A DNA stretch of 64,000 nt, from positions 112,036,001-112,100,000 of the forward strand of contig NC_087437.1 of assembly GCF_036321535.1 (NCBI RefSeq), in the 5' to 3' direction. Numbering within the stretch: position 1 is the first letter of the stretch; each line of letters starts with the position of its first letter. Of the stretch, positions 1 through 12,540 are shown one piece after another. The DNA is from Camelus dromedarius. Lineage: Eukaryota. The translations under genes and the position numbers were made by a program. Under the pieces are notes generated by a model. That model saw only the letters and a program-made list of their open reading frames with translations, was not told the DNA's origin and did not search any database.

Positions 1-40
1 AACTGACTACACTTCAATTTTAAAAAAGAAAAAAAAAAAA
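1..40 (+). mobile_element. L1 3' terminus with poly(A) tail
   Basis: aactgactacacttcaattttaaaaaag(a)n resembles the L1 3' ends at ~57870 and ~60380. Confidence 0.6.
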
Positions 41-1294
41 TCTATGGAATGGATGGCTGAGCCAAATGTGGCCGTTTATAGACCTCTTAGACCCAAGAGG
101 GTCTAAGAAAATGTGTCAGCATCATGGAAGCATAGCCACTGTTATTAGGGAAGTAAACCTGCCTCAGCTGGGTGGACACCCCCTCTCTCCGCAGCTCCGC
201 CGCATCACCACTGCAGATGGCGCACCTGGTGTTTGCGGCTAGGAGGGCATGAGAAACAAGAACATGTAGATTCAATATTGTAAGGCCCCACCCATGTGGG
301 TAATGGAAAAGTATAAAGCAGGAAGCACAGATGGTGCGCAGATCTAACTCCGCCTTCCATCCCTGCTACCCAAGAGGAAGGGCTGGAACTCAGCCCAAGC
401 CATTAGAAAAGGAAGGAAGCGGCATTTTTATTCGCCGTTAGCTCCCATCAGGAATGGATCAGCCCTGGCTTCTGACTGGACCAGGACACTACTGACTCCC
501 GCGGGGCTGTGAGTCACACAGTATTGCTCGCAGCTGGACTATGCCATTGATGATGACCCCCAAGCCCAGGAGAGACTGGGATCCAGCTGATGGCCTTTCC
601 AGGCACCATGGCTGGGTTAGGGGAAGAGAGGGACCGTCAAGTACTGGGAAGGGCAAACCAGAGAAAGGTATGGTAATTTGCCAGAGTGGACCCTTCATTT
701 GGGGGAGGAATTGTGTGAGTGGGGGCTTTGGGATGGTTAGTAGCTTGTTCAAGGAGAGGATCTATTAGTGTCAGTGGCCAATTCAGAAAGTGGCGACCAC
801 TGGTTTCCATCTTCCCCCAGCCCCTGCCCCACTAGCCCCATCTCTGTCTCTCTCACTGCCCTCAAAACATTTTCATTTCCTGCCCTCCCCCACCCCTTGT
901 GACCTTGGATAATAAAATTCAGGAAAAGTGTATACGGAAGTAGCCTGGGCTATAGAGATTGCCCCTTGGCAAGCAAGACTGGGTCTCCACGTGGTTCTTC
1001 TCCAAATCGTGGTGGAACACACATGAATCTGACCTGCACAGTTGGGTGGAAAGTCATCTAGCCCCAAAGCCACAGACCTGGGTGAAGAGAAAACTGAGGG
1101 AAAAAAGGAAACTTCTCACTCACCCTGCCCTGCAAATCCTCTCTCCCTAGGTCCCACCCCAGCAGAACCACCCACTCCTTCCTCTCTCTTCAGAGAGCAT
1201 GTGTGCGTTCATTCTCCTGTTGAACGCTCACCCCACCGTGTACTAATCTGTTCCTGTGCTCCCTTCCCAACTGGGCTCTGAGCTTATCAGTGTC

Positions 1295-1445
1295 TGCAGG
1301 CAGACCTGGGTTCACATCCCAACTCCAGTCTCCTCGGAGCTGTGTGACGCTCAACAAGTCATTTAACTTCTTCCAGACCTTCATTTCCTCGTCCATAATG
1401 AGTCTCATCATGTAGATCATATGAGCTTCTACAAAATGCTTAGCC
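1295..1445 (+). mobile_element. MIR SINE fragment
   Basis: cctgggttcacatcccaactcc...ctgtgtgac...aagtcatttaacttct...tcatttcctc core. Confidence 0.65.
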
Positions 1446-3049
1446 CAAATTTATTCCCTCATTCATTGGGCAATTCCCAGCCCCCAGCACAGGAACCAAC
1501 AGACAAGACACTCATGAAAATAAAACTCCTCCTACCCAGTGGCTTTCAGGCCCTGTGAATGAACAGGGGGTTCAGGGTGGGCACAGTCACTGGGCACCTT
1601 GGGACAAGGAATTTCGGTGACAAGGGGTTGTCTCTCCCCAGTACTGCTCTTCATGCCAAGTCCCGTTCATCCCACCCCCAAAGCAGAGTAGGGAAGTGCA
1701 AATCTTCTTTCCAGAAGCCGGCTAAGCCTGGGGTTTTACCTGGTGTCTCTTACTCATTCATTCTCTTGTTTTCAGCATGTGCTTGTTGAGACCCAGGTGC
1801 GAGTGACTGTAATTGCTGCTCTGGGAGGAAGACTTAATTCATGTCCCACAGCAACTTATAGTCCCTGGGACCCCAGTGAGGATCAAGCCGTGTAAAAAAT
1901 ACTCTGTTGAGATTCAGGGTTTCTCCCCAGGATATCAGGGAAGGCTTCGTGGAGGAGGTGCACTGTGAAAATGATCAGGACCCAGTCGTGCAGATACCGA
2001 CATTGACCAAGTCACCCATGTGGGCAGAGGCCACTTTCTAGTGAAGCTAGTAAGGCTGAAGCTTAATGGACCCTCATTTGCATGGTCCCTTCCAAGGCTT
2101 GGGAAAGGCCCTTCCAACTTGTTCATGTGGTCGTACGTTTTCATAAAATTTGCATCTGTTAGATGTTTTAACCACAATCCATTGAGATCACCGTCGCTTT
2201 CTACTCTGCCTCTTTCCCAATTTCCTGTTTTGGTGGGTGTTGAAGTGGCTGAGAGCATCTGGGAGGGCAGCCAAGGGGCAGTTGAGTTGCGGGGTAGGGT
2301 TAGTGGGATTTATTTGTGTGCTTTGCCGTCACTTCTCTCTAGTTAAGTTACAAGCCACCAGGATATGGAAATGTCTTCCAGGATTTCCCCTGCTGCCTAC
2401 TAGTGGAGTCCCCCAGGAGGGTGACAGGAGATGGCAGAATCAGAAATCATACTGTGATTAGGACTCGTCCCTGGTGCTCAGCACCAGAATCTTCTTGGTG
2501 GTAGAGGAGAAACAAGTTTTGAAATCTGTCAGGCTAGAGGCAAAGCATCACATTGGTGGGGCCGAATTTTGTGTTCCTACTTTGAACCACCTTTTTCTTA
2601 TCTGTAGAAGCTGGATTGGCCTAGCCGGCTCGGTGCTTACCCCAGAGAGCCTGGTGGGGAAGCAGGCACCCAGAATTCCATCTTTGTGCTTCATCCCAAA
2701 GTGCTGTCATAGAGACATATCCCTGGACCACTGGGATCCTGGCTCTGGCCTCGTAGTGGGAGATGTCCCCAGGGGGGCAGCAGCTGCTCTGCTCCTCGGG
2801 GACACTGGGAGCCAAGAGCCTGATACCTGGGAGCCAGTAGCCTTCCTTCCTGGCCACATGGTTGCTTTTGTCCAACAGCTGCCTGTGAGCACCCCCTCTC
2901 CCCAGAATCTGTGTGGCCATTCATCGCAGGCCTCCTCTTGGAAAGGCAAAGAAGGTTGCATTATATTAGGTAGAGCTTATCTTTCACATCTGCCAAGATC
3001 CACACTTTTCCCCTCCCTCTCCGCCTCCAGCCCCCAGCATCCCCCCTCC

Positions 3050-5000
3050 CCTCTTCCTTTACCCTCTCTGGTGGGTTTTCAATAGTGTGTGCTTTTTTTT
3101 TCTTTCTCCTTTCTTTCTGGTCAAGACAGGGTTGTCTCTCTGGGTGGAAAAAGGCAGTGTGTTCGTGGAGTGCAGCTGCATTTCAAAGGTACTTTGTTGG
3201 CGAGTTATGAATTTGCCTTTGCTAATGTGGGGAAACAGGGAGATTCTTTGGCTTTCCTTCCCCCCCAAACTGAAATTGATGTTATTTCTTTGCCAGTGGT
3301 ACCCAAGGAACTGTTTTGTTCCATTTCCTCTCCTTTCAGGCTGAGCCCTATTTATGTTTGGAGCTGGGGCGCTGCCATTAAGAATCATTGTCATTACCAC
3401 CAGGGTCTGAGACCCGCCAAGTGCAGCAGCTGTGGTCTCATGCCTGCTCTCACCAAGGTTTATTTCCTTGACAACATGTTCTTGTTTGGACCAACTTTCC
3501 TAGCCTTTCTCTCGCTGTTGTCTCCCCCTCCCCACTTCATTCCAAAATCTCCCTTACAGTTTCATGGGGCTTAAAATTAAAAAAGGAAAAGTGTGTGTGT
3601 ATGTGTGTGTGTGTGTGGGTGGGTGGGTGGGTGGTTGGGGGCAACAGGCCAAGGGCTGGAAAGAAGATAAAGACCCTGGGAGCTGGAGAAAGGGTACAGG
3701 GGGCCGGAGCCAGGGCCGCGCGGTGGGCCGTTTCCACCATAAGCAGCAGCATTAAATTTGTTATGATTTTGATGCTCACCACTCTTCTCCACCCCCAAGT
3801 TGGATAAGCCTCACCCTCGGCCTCACCCACCCTAGCCCTTAGAATGGAACACCTAGGTGGCCCATGGGACCCCTGACCCCTATATCCTGTTCCTTTCTCC
3901 CCGCTTTGCTACCCTTCTCCTTGATAAAAGGAGAGAGTGAGAGATAATTAACAAAAAACATGGCCCCAGGACAATGAAACAACTGGCCTTGGCCGGCAAG
4001 AAATTTATCCTGGTTTTCTAGGTGAACTTTCTCCCATCAATCTTCCCTTTAACCTCCATGTTCGTGGAAGCAATAGGAACATCCCTCCCCTCCCCTGAGC
4101 AAATGCTTTCTTTTGACTGGGAACAAAAAGGGGGCTCAGCGAAGGCTGAGGTGAAATCTGGGTGGTACGGGGGGCCGCACAATGGGGCCGCTGTTCCCCG
4201 GCCGGGCTGGTGTTTTACAACAGGGGAGGGACAGGCGTGACTGGTCTGATGATGGAAACAGTTCCCCTGATTCAGGCCTACAAACGCATCTTCTGTTCCA
4301 CACGGAGCTGGACAGAAAAGAGAAAAGCGACAAAGAAAAGGGGAGGGGGGCCGGAATTCAAACAAAACGCGTGAGGCAGAAAAATCTCCCCTATCCTGCA
4401 CATCCTAGAAAGGAGATGTGTCGGAGAGCCTTCGGGATTTCTCGGCAGCCTCTGAATAGCTCGAACTAGACTCTGATTTATTGATGAAGCTTAAGCAACT
4501 CGCTAGAGAAAGGCTTGGGAGGTTCTTTGTCTTCGAGAGAAAGAACAATAGGCCACAAGGGCCAGGATCTCTTGGGATGCTCTCGGGGCCTGCCTTCCTC
4601 CCGCCTCTCCTCCCTGCAAATGCCAGCAGCAGTAAAAGCGATTGGTGGTGTCTCTAGAAGAGCTGCTGACAAGGCCGGGCCACTTGAGGTCTCCTTAAGA
4701 GGGTATTATGGTCAGGGAGAATATTTGTGCTGTGAAGATGGCACACTCCATTTTGTTAATGGCTCTCATCTGTGTGGGGTGATCGCCCCCCTGCCCCGCT
4801 GTCAGGGGCGCAGCCGTGGCCAATTCATGGCGCCCCGGGAGAAAGCCCCTTTCTGCGGCAACCAAGACGGAAACATTGTGTTCACCTCCTTGAGCGGAGG
4901 GGAAGGTGACCATGAGGGCAGCCCACGTTGTAAATTACCATTAAAACAAAAACAGACAGGGCCTTCTCTGCCCCGGGACCCTCTCCAATAAATTATGGCT
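3050..5000. promoter_or_regulatory. Candidate distal neural-progenitor enhancer (O2e33-like position)
   Basis: No recognisable interspersed repeats, moderately CpG-rich, many SOX motifs, GLI-like TGGGTGGTA, NKX2 CCACTTGA and TAATTA; ~30-32 kb upstream of the TSS. Confidence 0.5.
3591..3640. repeat. (GT)n / (GGGT)n microsatellite
   Basis: Direct reading. Confidence 0.9.
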
Positions 5001-5267
5001 GGGCCATGGGGGAGAGCCTAGAAGAGACTGGGTGCTGGACAGTCCCTCCCCTCTGGGTCTGGGATGGAGCTGCTGGGGAATCTGGAGTCTGAGCTAATGG
5101 GCTGGAGCATGGTCCAAGAGGTCCCATGGTTTGCCTTCAAGGAAAGGCAGGAGCAGGTGGAACGGGACCCTAACATCTCATATGTTTGCTAAGTCAGGTC
5201 CTTCATGGCCCAACACCCACCTTTTCTTGCATTGTCATCTGCCAGGCTCCAGCCTTAGGTGTCATCC

Positions 5268-5405
5268 AAAGGAAAGGAGGGAAGGAGGGAGGGAGGGAAA
5301 CAGGAAAGAAAGAGAGAGACAGAAAGAGGGAGAGAGGAAGAGAGGGAGGGAGAAAGGAAGGGAAGGAGAGAGAGAGAGAGGAAAAGAGAATGAATGAGAA
5401 AGGAA
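5268..5405. repeat. GA-rich low-complexity tract
   Basis: Direct reading. Confidence 0.85.
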
Positions 5406-5449
5406 ATGTGGCAAAATGTTAACAACTGGTCAAGCTGGGTGAAAGAAAG

Positions 5450-5948
5450 TGCTGACAGAAATGTACATGCATTGAGGTCTGGGAAGTCATTCTGGCTTAT
5501 GCAGACATTAACTCAAATTTTATGCTAACTAACCAACCTGTTTGTGGCCTATCAAACATACATTGTATATCTGCTTTAATTATTAAAGAAAAAACACATG
5601 GACCAGAGGTGAAGAGTGTCCACGTTAACAATAAAGATTAAGTGCCTCCCTTCCTGGGACGCCAGTGCTGGTCCTCCTTCAATGATCAGACTCCCTTCCC
5701 AGGCGCCAAGGCCATACTGACTCGCTGTGTATGTACTGATCTTTTTTTTTTTTTTTTTTTTTAACCCTTGAAGGAATGTATCCCTGCCTTGTTTGATGTT
5801 CCATGTTCTGACAAGATGAAAACCGTGCTTCTCCGGAGCAGTTCCTCAGAGTTATCTGAGAGGCTGTCTTCTGGGCTATGGTCCTTATTTGGCTCAGATA
5901 AAAGTGTTTTCTATTTCTATTACAGATTGTTTATTGACTAGTTTTGAA
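5450..5948 (+). mobile_element. Solo ERV LTR (ERV1-like)
   Basis: Starts TGCTGACAGAAA; contains the ERV1-type 3' block gagcagttcctcagagttatctgagaggctgtct...ggctatggtcct...ataaaa. The 3' CA terminus is degraded. Confidence 0.6.
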
Positions 5949-6385
5949 AAAGAAAGGAAGGGAGAGAGAGAGAAAGAAGGAAGGAAGGAAGGGAGGGAGG
6001 GAGGGAGGAAGGAAGGAAGGAAGGAAGGGAGGGAGGGAGGGAGGAAGGGAGGGAGGGAGGGAGGAAGGGAGGGAGGAAGGGAGGGAGGGAGGGAGGAAGG
6101 GAGGGAGGGAGGAAGGAAGGGAGGGAGGGAGGAAGGAAGGGAGGGAGGGAGGAAGGGAGGGAGGAAGGAAGGGAGGGAGGGAGGGAGGGAGGGAGGGAGG
6201 GAGGGAGGAAGGGAGGGAGGAAGGAAGGGAGGGAGGGAGGAAGGGAGGGAGGAAGGAAGGGAGGGAGGGAGGGAGGGAGGAAGGGAGGGAGGGAGGGAGG
6301 GAGGGAGGGAGGAAGGAAGGGAGGGAGGGAGGGAGGGAGGAAGGGAGGGAGGGAGGGAGGGAGGGAGGGAGGGAGGGAGGAAGGA
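5946..6385. repeat. (GGGA/GGAA)n pure purine tract, 440 nt
   Basis: Only A and G between 5946 and 6385. Confidence 0.97.
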
Positions 6386-6630
6386 CGGGCCACCATTCAT
6401 AGCTAAGAATGAGGGAGGAGCAATTTTCACAAAAATGAGTTTCTCACCCTTAATTTAACTCTCTCTGTGTAACGTGGTAATATCAAATTGATGCCGGCCG
6501 TGGACCAAGAATGACATCACTGCATACATGTCGGGCACCTCGGAACCTGGCACCTGCATGATGTTGTTTACCTAAATTAATTTCTGGGGTAATAGATAAC
6601 TTTTTTAACTCTTTTAAAACAACAAGTTCT

Positions 6631-6738
6631 TGGGGGACAGAGAGGAGTATAACTCAGTGGTAGAGTGCGTGCTTCGCATGCAGGAGGTCCTGGGTTCAAT
6701 CTTCAGTACTTCCATTTTAAAAAAATTTAAAATTAAAT
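6631..6738 (+). mobile_element. tRNA-Ala-derived SINE (camelid Vic-1-like)
   Basis: A box (taactcagtgg), B box (ggttcaatc), A-rich tail, and a perfect 15-bp TSD AAAACAACAAGTTCT at 6616-6630 and 6739-6753 at a TT|AAAA site. Confidence 0.85.
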
Positions 6739-6980
6739 AAAACAACAAGTTCTCAAAAATATCAGTCACCCTTCCTTGACTATACGGCACACATCCGTGG
6801 TTTTAAACAGAAGAACCCAATTGGATTGAACTTCGTTGACTCAGGGTCAAATGAAACAGAATGAAAATGTTCTGGAAACCACTCAGCAAAAGGCAGCCGT
6901 GGGCCAATTTTTCTTTCAGTGACTGTGTCCCCAAGCGGCACGACCCAGGCCATGCTGGTTTGGAAGGTCTGGTGCCTGCC

Positions 6981-7064
6981 TTTTTTTTTTAATCAAAATA
7001 AAATTGTATTGAAGTATAGTTGATTTACAATGTTGTGTTAGTTTCTGGTGTACAGCAAAGTGAC

Positions 7065-7129
<65 letters not shown>

Positions 7130-7225
7130 TTCTTTTTCGTATTTTTTCCATTATGGTTTATTACAGGACGTTGAATATAGTTCCGTGTGCTGTGGTGCTG
7201 TGCCGTAGGACCTTGTTGCTTTTTA
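6981..7225 (-). mobile_element. Cetartiodactyl-type L1 3' end with internal (TA)n(CA)n
   Basis: ttgaagtatagttgatttacaatgttgtgttagtttctggtgtacagca is the reverse complement of the L1 3' UTR seen at 57.8 kb. Confidence 0.85.
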
Positions 7226-7369
7226 CAACTTCACTGTGACCCTCAGCCGTCACTTTTGCCAGTGGGAGCAAGCTGCCTTCATTCTGCTTTGCTGTTTCTA
7301 TCAGCTTGTGAAACCAGATCACGGGGCCTGTCGACAGGGTCCCTGAGAGAATGTCAAAAATCTGAGGCT

Positions 7370-7530
7370 GGACGAGTTAAGTAACTTCTCTGTGCCTCAG
7401 TTTCCTCACCTGTAACATGGAGATGGAAAGAGTACTTACTTCAGGGCATTGCTGAGAGGGTGAAATAAAATAATATGAAGTGCTCAGAGCAGGGGCTGGA
7501 GTAGAGCAAATACACACTAAATATTAGTTA
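7370..7530 (+). mobile_element. MIR SINE
   Basis: ctctgtgcctcagtttcctcacctgtaa core. Confidence 0.8.
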
Positions 7531-8689
7531 TCAGTAAAATGATAGTCTAGCATGATTAGGAAGGAAGGAACTGTCCTGCGAATGTCAGTGCTCTCATTTT
7601 GTACAATGTGAAAGTCTTCAGTATTTGCTGGCTTATTTCTGGTTTTCTTGGCTTGGATCTCTATCATACAATACCTTGATATTTGGCTCCAGAAAATTCA
7701 AATCCTGAGTCTCAGCCCTTGGGGCCTGAGCAGCTGAGGATATTTCCTAAAGTGCACAAACTCCAGATCTGTGCCCCTCCTGTGGTCCACCTGCCCTCAC
7801 CCTCCCATCACCAACAGGTAAGAATAACAGTGATGACAATGACTGCCCCTCATTTCCCACCTGCCCCACACAAGGCATGGTGCTCTGTGCTTCATCTACA
7901 CACTGATTTTTGTAGCCTCACCAGTGAGTTTTTTCCTGAGAGTCCACGAGATGCTGGAGACCCATTCATCTCCTCGTAAGAAGCTGATCCTGGGAGGTAT
8001 CAGCCAGCCAGCTAAGAGCACCCACATCTCCTGGCTCCCTATTTGGTGCTGTGCATCACATTGTGGCATATTCTTGGTCAGCTTCCTACTTTCACTTGTC
8101 TCACCTAAGGCGTGTCTTTTCTGAACTCCTTGGCGAAGCAAAGCAGAGGGCACATGGGGATGGTGCAGGGTCAAGAGGGCCTGTCAGCAGGACAGGAGCT
8201 AGAATGTAAGGGGCTCACTGCCCCAGCAAATGACATGGGCCCACCTGCCCTGGGGCACCCGAAAGATAAGCTTCAGAGGAGCAGAGCAGGGCGGTCTGAG
8301 TGACCTTCACTCTTCCTCGCTCTTCCTCAAGCTTATTTTTCAATTGACTAAATAATTTGGCTTTATTGATAATATGTGATTGATGGAAACTAATCTCAAG
8401 TTCCAGAAAGAACCACTGTTGAAAGCTTCATAGATTTCATTCTCTATATATTTTATCAGGAAATGCCTTGTCTGTTTTGTTTTGTTTCATTAGTAGCGGT
8501 CTGTGGTGCTCAGGAACAAGGACTCTCAAGTTTTGTATGCCCCACAGGGCTGTTGTGAGCAGTGAGTAAGTTAATATCTGTAATAAATTTACAATAGCAG
8601 CTAGCACATGGATAGTATTATACAAGCGGGTTTTTTGGTTATGAATAAAACAGAATTTGGTTCTCTGTATCGATGCATAAGTTTCCATC

Positions 8690-9230
8690 TTTGCTTGGTC
8701 AAGGGCTGTATTATCTTCCATCCTATCATTATTTATTGGATTAAATTCCTAATGATGAATATTTACATTTTCCAAATTTTGATATTATAAACAATGATGC
8801 AATGAACATCCTTATATATACATACATATACATATTTTAATACCCATCTTATTATTTCCTTTAAGTAGCTTCCTAAGAGAGAGAGTTACTGAATCAAAAG
8901 ACATACAATATTGCTAGGTTTTAATCCAGAAAGATTAGTTGAAAAGATATTTCCACTAGAGCTTATGAGACCATTTCTCCAAACCCTCATCGGTCATGTC
9001 AACATCACTTTTTGTCATCATGGGCATCCTACAAGAAAAAAATGAGGTCCCATTTTCATCTGTGTTCAGTTGATTAAAAGAGAAGATAAACATGTTTTCT
9101 CATGTTTTGTTTATATCCTCTGTCCATTATTCTATTGAGGTGATTTATCAAAATTGCTATCACTTTTTCCCATATGTTGCAAGAGTTTTTTCCAGTTGGT
9201 AATTTGTCTTTTAACTTTGTTTCTGGTGCC
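8690..9230 (-). mobile_element. Ancient L1M fragment
   Basis: T-rich with L1 3' antisense motifs (ataaacaatgatgcaatgaacatcctt). Confidence 0.55.
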
Positions 9231-9599
9231 TCCTGCCTTATAAAAGCAAGGGTGGTGGGACCAACCTAGAGAAAGCACCACTTCGGCAATGATAAGCCAA
9301 GTCTTGATTCATGACTAGTGGTCCACTGGGCAGAGAGCGTAGGGGGCAAGTGTCATTCCAAGCAAACAGAAAATCAGGCTGGGCCCCAAGTTTACTGTAA
9401 AATAAACTGAAACTATCCATTTTTTTTTCCTGTCATTGAAATCCAGTTGACATTTGTCACCTGCGTCCTTATACAGAGGATATTAGGTCCCCTTCTCTTC
9501 CCATCCTCTTCCTCGTCTGTCTTCCCTTCCCCCCCCAAGTGGAGGTGGCAACAGCACCTTGCTAGTGTCCAAGATACCAGGCTCTAGGGGTGGGGGAGA

Positions 9600-11400
9600 T
9601 GGAGGTGGTAGGCAGGGAAAGTAGCCAAAGTAGTTTAGAGACTGGTTACATTAAACAAATAAGTTAAATGATTAAGCAAATATATTGAGAATAGTGGGAA
9701 GCTGGTTTCTCACTGTCAAAGAATGGATTTAAAAGGATGTTAGGGAGGAGGCTAGAAAGAACTCTGAGGTGTTGGATTAGAATTAGAACTACCATTTTAA
9801 AATAATTTTAATATATATTATGTATTATATTCACGAATATATCCTATAATCTGTATGTATATTATATGCGCACATATACAGTTAGATATGGAAACTTTTA
9901 TAGATGTATGTGTGCCCTCACACGTTTGTACATTTACTAACCCTTTCCCCTGAGACAATGACACCCTAATAACAATGAACCCACTGAGCTCCTAGATCCT
10001 GGTTTGTAAATACTCCTACATCAAAAAGAAAAAAAAGCAAAAAAAAAAAAAAAAAAACCACAAAAGTTCTGTGCAGAATGAGCAATTCTGGGCTGGGACA
10101 GAGAAAGTATAAATGAGCCTGAAACATCTCCTAATGCCACAAAGTAATTAAATCCTCAAAGAATTAAGGAAACAGAAATCAGCTTGAACCCACTCCCAGC
10201 AGCCAAAGCTAGGACAATTGAGGGTCAAACTAAGTAACAATATTACCAGATTGCTATCTATTGATTAAAACATATAAACTGATATAAATAAATGAGTAAC
10301 TAAATAAATGAAGGGAAAGTTTTTCTTTATGATACAATGCCAACTAACCAATGTAGAAGACACAAATCATAGTATCTGGTAAGGAATTTACATCTAGAAT
10401 ATACAAAGAACTAATGCAATTTAATAATAAAAAGACAAATAACTCAATTAAAAATAGGTAAAGAACCTGAATAGATATTTGTTATGGGCTGAATTGTGTC
10501 CCTCCAAAAATATATGTTGAAATTCTACCCCCCAGTACCTCAAAATGTGACCTTCATTGATAATAGGGTTGTTATTGATGCAATTGTCAAGATGAGGTCC
10601 AACAGGAGTAGGATGGGCCTTAATCCAATACGACTGGTGTCCCTATAAGAAGACAGCGAAGACACAGACATGGGGAGAAGGCCGTGTGAAGACAGAGGCA
10701 GAGAACAGAGTGACAAGCCAAGGAATGCCAAGAATTGCCGGCCACCATCAGAGCTTGGAGAAAGATATGGGACAGATGCTCCACAGAGTCCTCAGAAGGA
10801 ACCAACCTTGCTGACTCTTTGATCTCAGACTTCTAGCCTCCAGCGCTGTGAAAGAACACATTTCTATTGTTTTAAGCCACCCAGTTGTAGTTCTTTGTTA
10901 CAGTCACCCTAAGAAATTAATGTATTTTTCCAAAGAAGATATATGAATGGCCAGTAAATACACGAAAAGATGCTCAACATCATTGACCATCAGGGAAATG
11001 GCAAATCAAAACCACAGTGAGATACCTCTTCATGCCCACTAGGATGGTTAGATTAAAAGACGTAACAGCAAGTGTTGGTGAGGACGTGGGAAAATTGGAA
11101 CCCTCCTACACTGCTTGTTGGGACTAAGAAATGGTGCTGCTGCTTTGGAAAACAGTCTGATGATTCCTTAAATGGCTAAAGATAGAGTTACCATATGACC
11201 AGCAAGTCCACTTCTCAGTATGTACCCAAGAGAAATGAAAACACATTTCCACACACACAAAAAAACTTGTGTACAAGTGTTCCTAGCAGCATTATTCATA
11301 AAAGCCAAAGAGTGCAGACAATCCAAATGTCTGTCAGCTGATCCACAGATACAGTAAATTGTGTATCCATACAATGGAATATTCTTTGACAATAAAGAGA
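9600..11400 (+). mobile_element. Old L1M fragments (3' UTR pieces and ORF2 3' end), interrupted by a MaLR LTR
   Basis: ctagaatatacaaagaact...aatagatattt | caaagaagatata...aaaagatgctcaacatcatt...aaatcaaaaccacagtgagatacc are characteristic L1 ORF2-end motifs. Confidence 0.75.
10480..10924 (+). mobile_element. MaLR solo LTR (MLT1B/C-like) nested in L1
   Basis: tgttatgggctgaattgtgtccc...gacttctagcctccag...ttttaagccacccag...ttgttacag termini. Confidence 0.85.
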
Positions 11401-12399
11401 AATCAACTATCAGTTTTATTCCAATTTGTCTTCTTTCTAAAATCTTGTTAAGACCCTTCTCTGTATATCTGCATTTCATTACATTAGGCTTAAATGGGGA
11501 TTTACTGATGGGTGGATTTTGGCACAGCATTTACTGTACACTTGGGGCTGAGGATTTGTGTCTCTCTTTAATTGTGAACATTCCCACCTGAATTTTCCAC
11601 CTATTTCCAAAGTTGGAGCCTCTCAATCAGTTTTTCGGATTGCTAAACTGCTGTCACATCTTTTTATTCTTTTTATCTCTCTGAGATGCATTTTTCTCTG
11701 ACTGCCCACAATTGCAGTTTGACGTTGTTGATTAACATGGGAGGTGGTTTAATTCACGCACAGTGTGTTGCAGCAATTCTAACATGGCAATTACTATAAT
11801 TTATGTAATCAAATAAAGCATTTTTCACAGAAAACAAGAACACTAATAACAATCAAGATGCTTTCAACATTGGACACCTAAAAATATTTAATTTATATGT
11901 GCCAAACAGCATATTAACAAGATGTATATAAAGAAAATAAAAATAAATATAAGGAAAAGTGTAAACTGAAATATACCTATGGTTGACTGAAACATCCCAA
12001 GAAAATAAAAACAAATAGGCAAATAATTAATTTTAGAAATCAGAGTAAGACAAAACTGACATGTATATAGAAAGAGCCAAATGGAGAACAAAGCAACACA
12101 TGTTTCCCTCAATCTTCTTTAAAAAAAAGAATGCTTTCACAAAAGATGACAACATTCTGCCATTTAATTACTTAGCAAATGCCAAAAGGTAGAAATATAT
12201 ATGTACATCATCATATTAGATTTCAAAGCAATCAAATTTTAAAATTTAAAAGTATATCAGAAATTAAAGTAATTTAAATTTAATACCTGAGTAGCAAAGA
12301 AATTTCTGAACACAATCATCAGAAAAGACATTGAGTCAAGATAAAGTAGATGCTACTTACTCTCCAACAGCCCAGAATTTATTTAAAGAGAAAAAGAAA

Positions 12400-12540
12400 A
12401 TGATTAAGAAAATGTGATCAAATATTAATATTTGGGGAACCTAAATGAAGGATATATAGAAACTCCCTGTACTGTTTTCCCAACATTCCTGAAAGTCTGA
12501 AATTTTTTAAAATAAAAAGCTAAAAAAAAAAAAAAAGGAA
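12400..12540 (+). mobile_element. L1M 3' terminus with A tail
   Basis: tgaaggatatatagaaactccctgtact...aaagtctgaaatt...aaataaaaag(a)n. Confidence 0.6.

Noticed and set aside
207..226. CTCF-like actgcagatggcgc
   Set aside because: Mismatches in the 5' core; cannot be supported without PWM or ChIP data.
2474..3085. 203-aa ORF
   Set aside because: Non-ATG start, no recognisable domain and no evident exon structure.
5889..6458. ORFs of 150-190 aa (REGG / LPPS repeats) on both strands
   Set aside because: Artefacts of the stop-free GGGA/GGAA microsatellite.
6640..6715. Apparent tRNA-Ala(CGC) gene
   Set aside because: Stems are mismatched, and the A-rich tail with a 15-bp TSD indicates a retroposed SINE.
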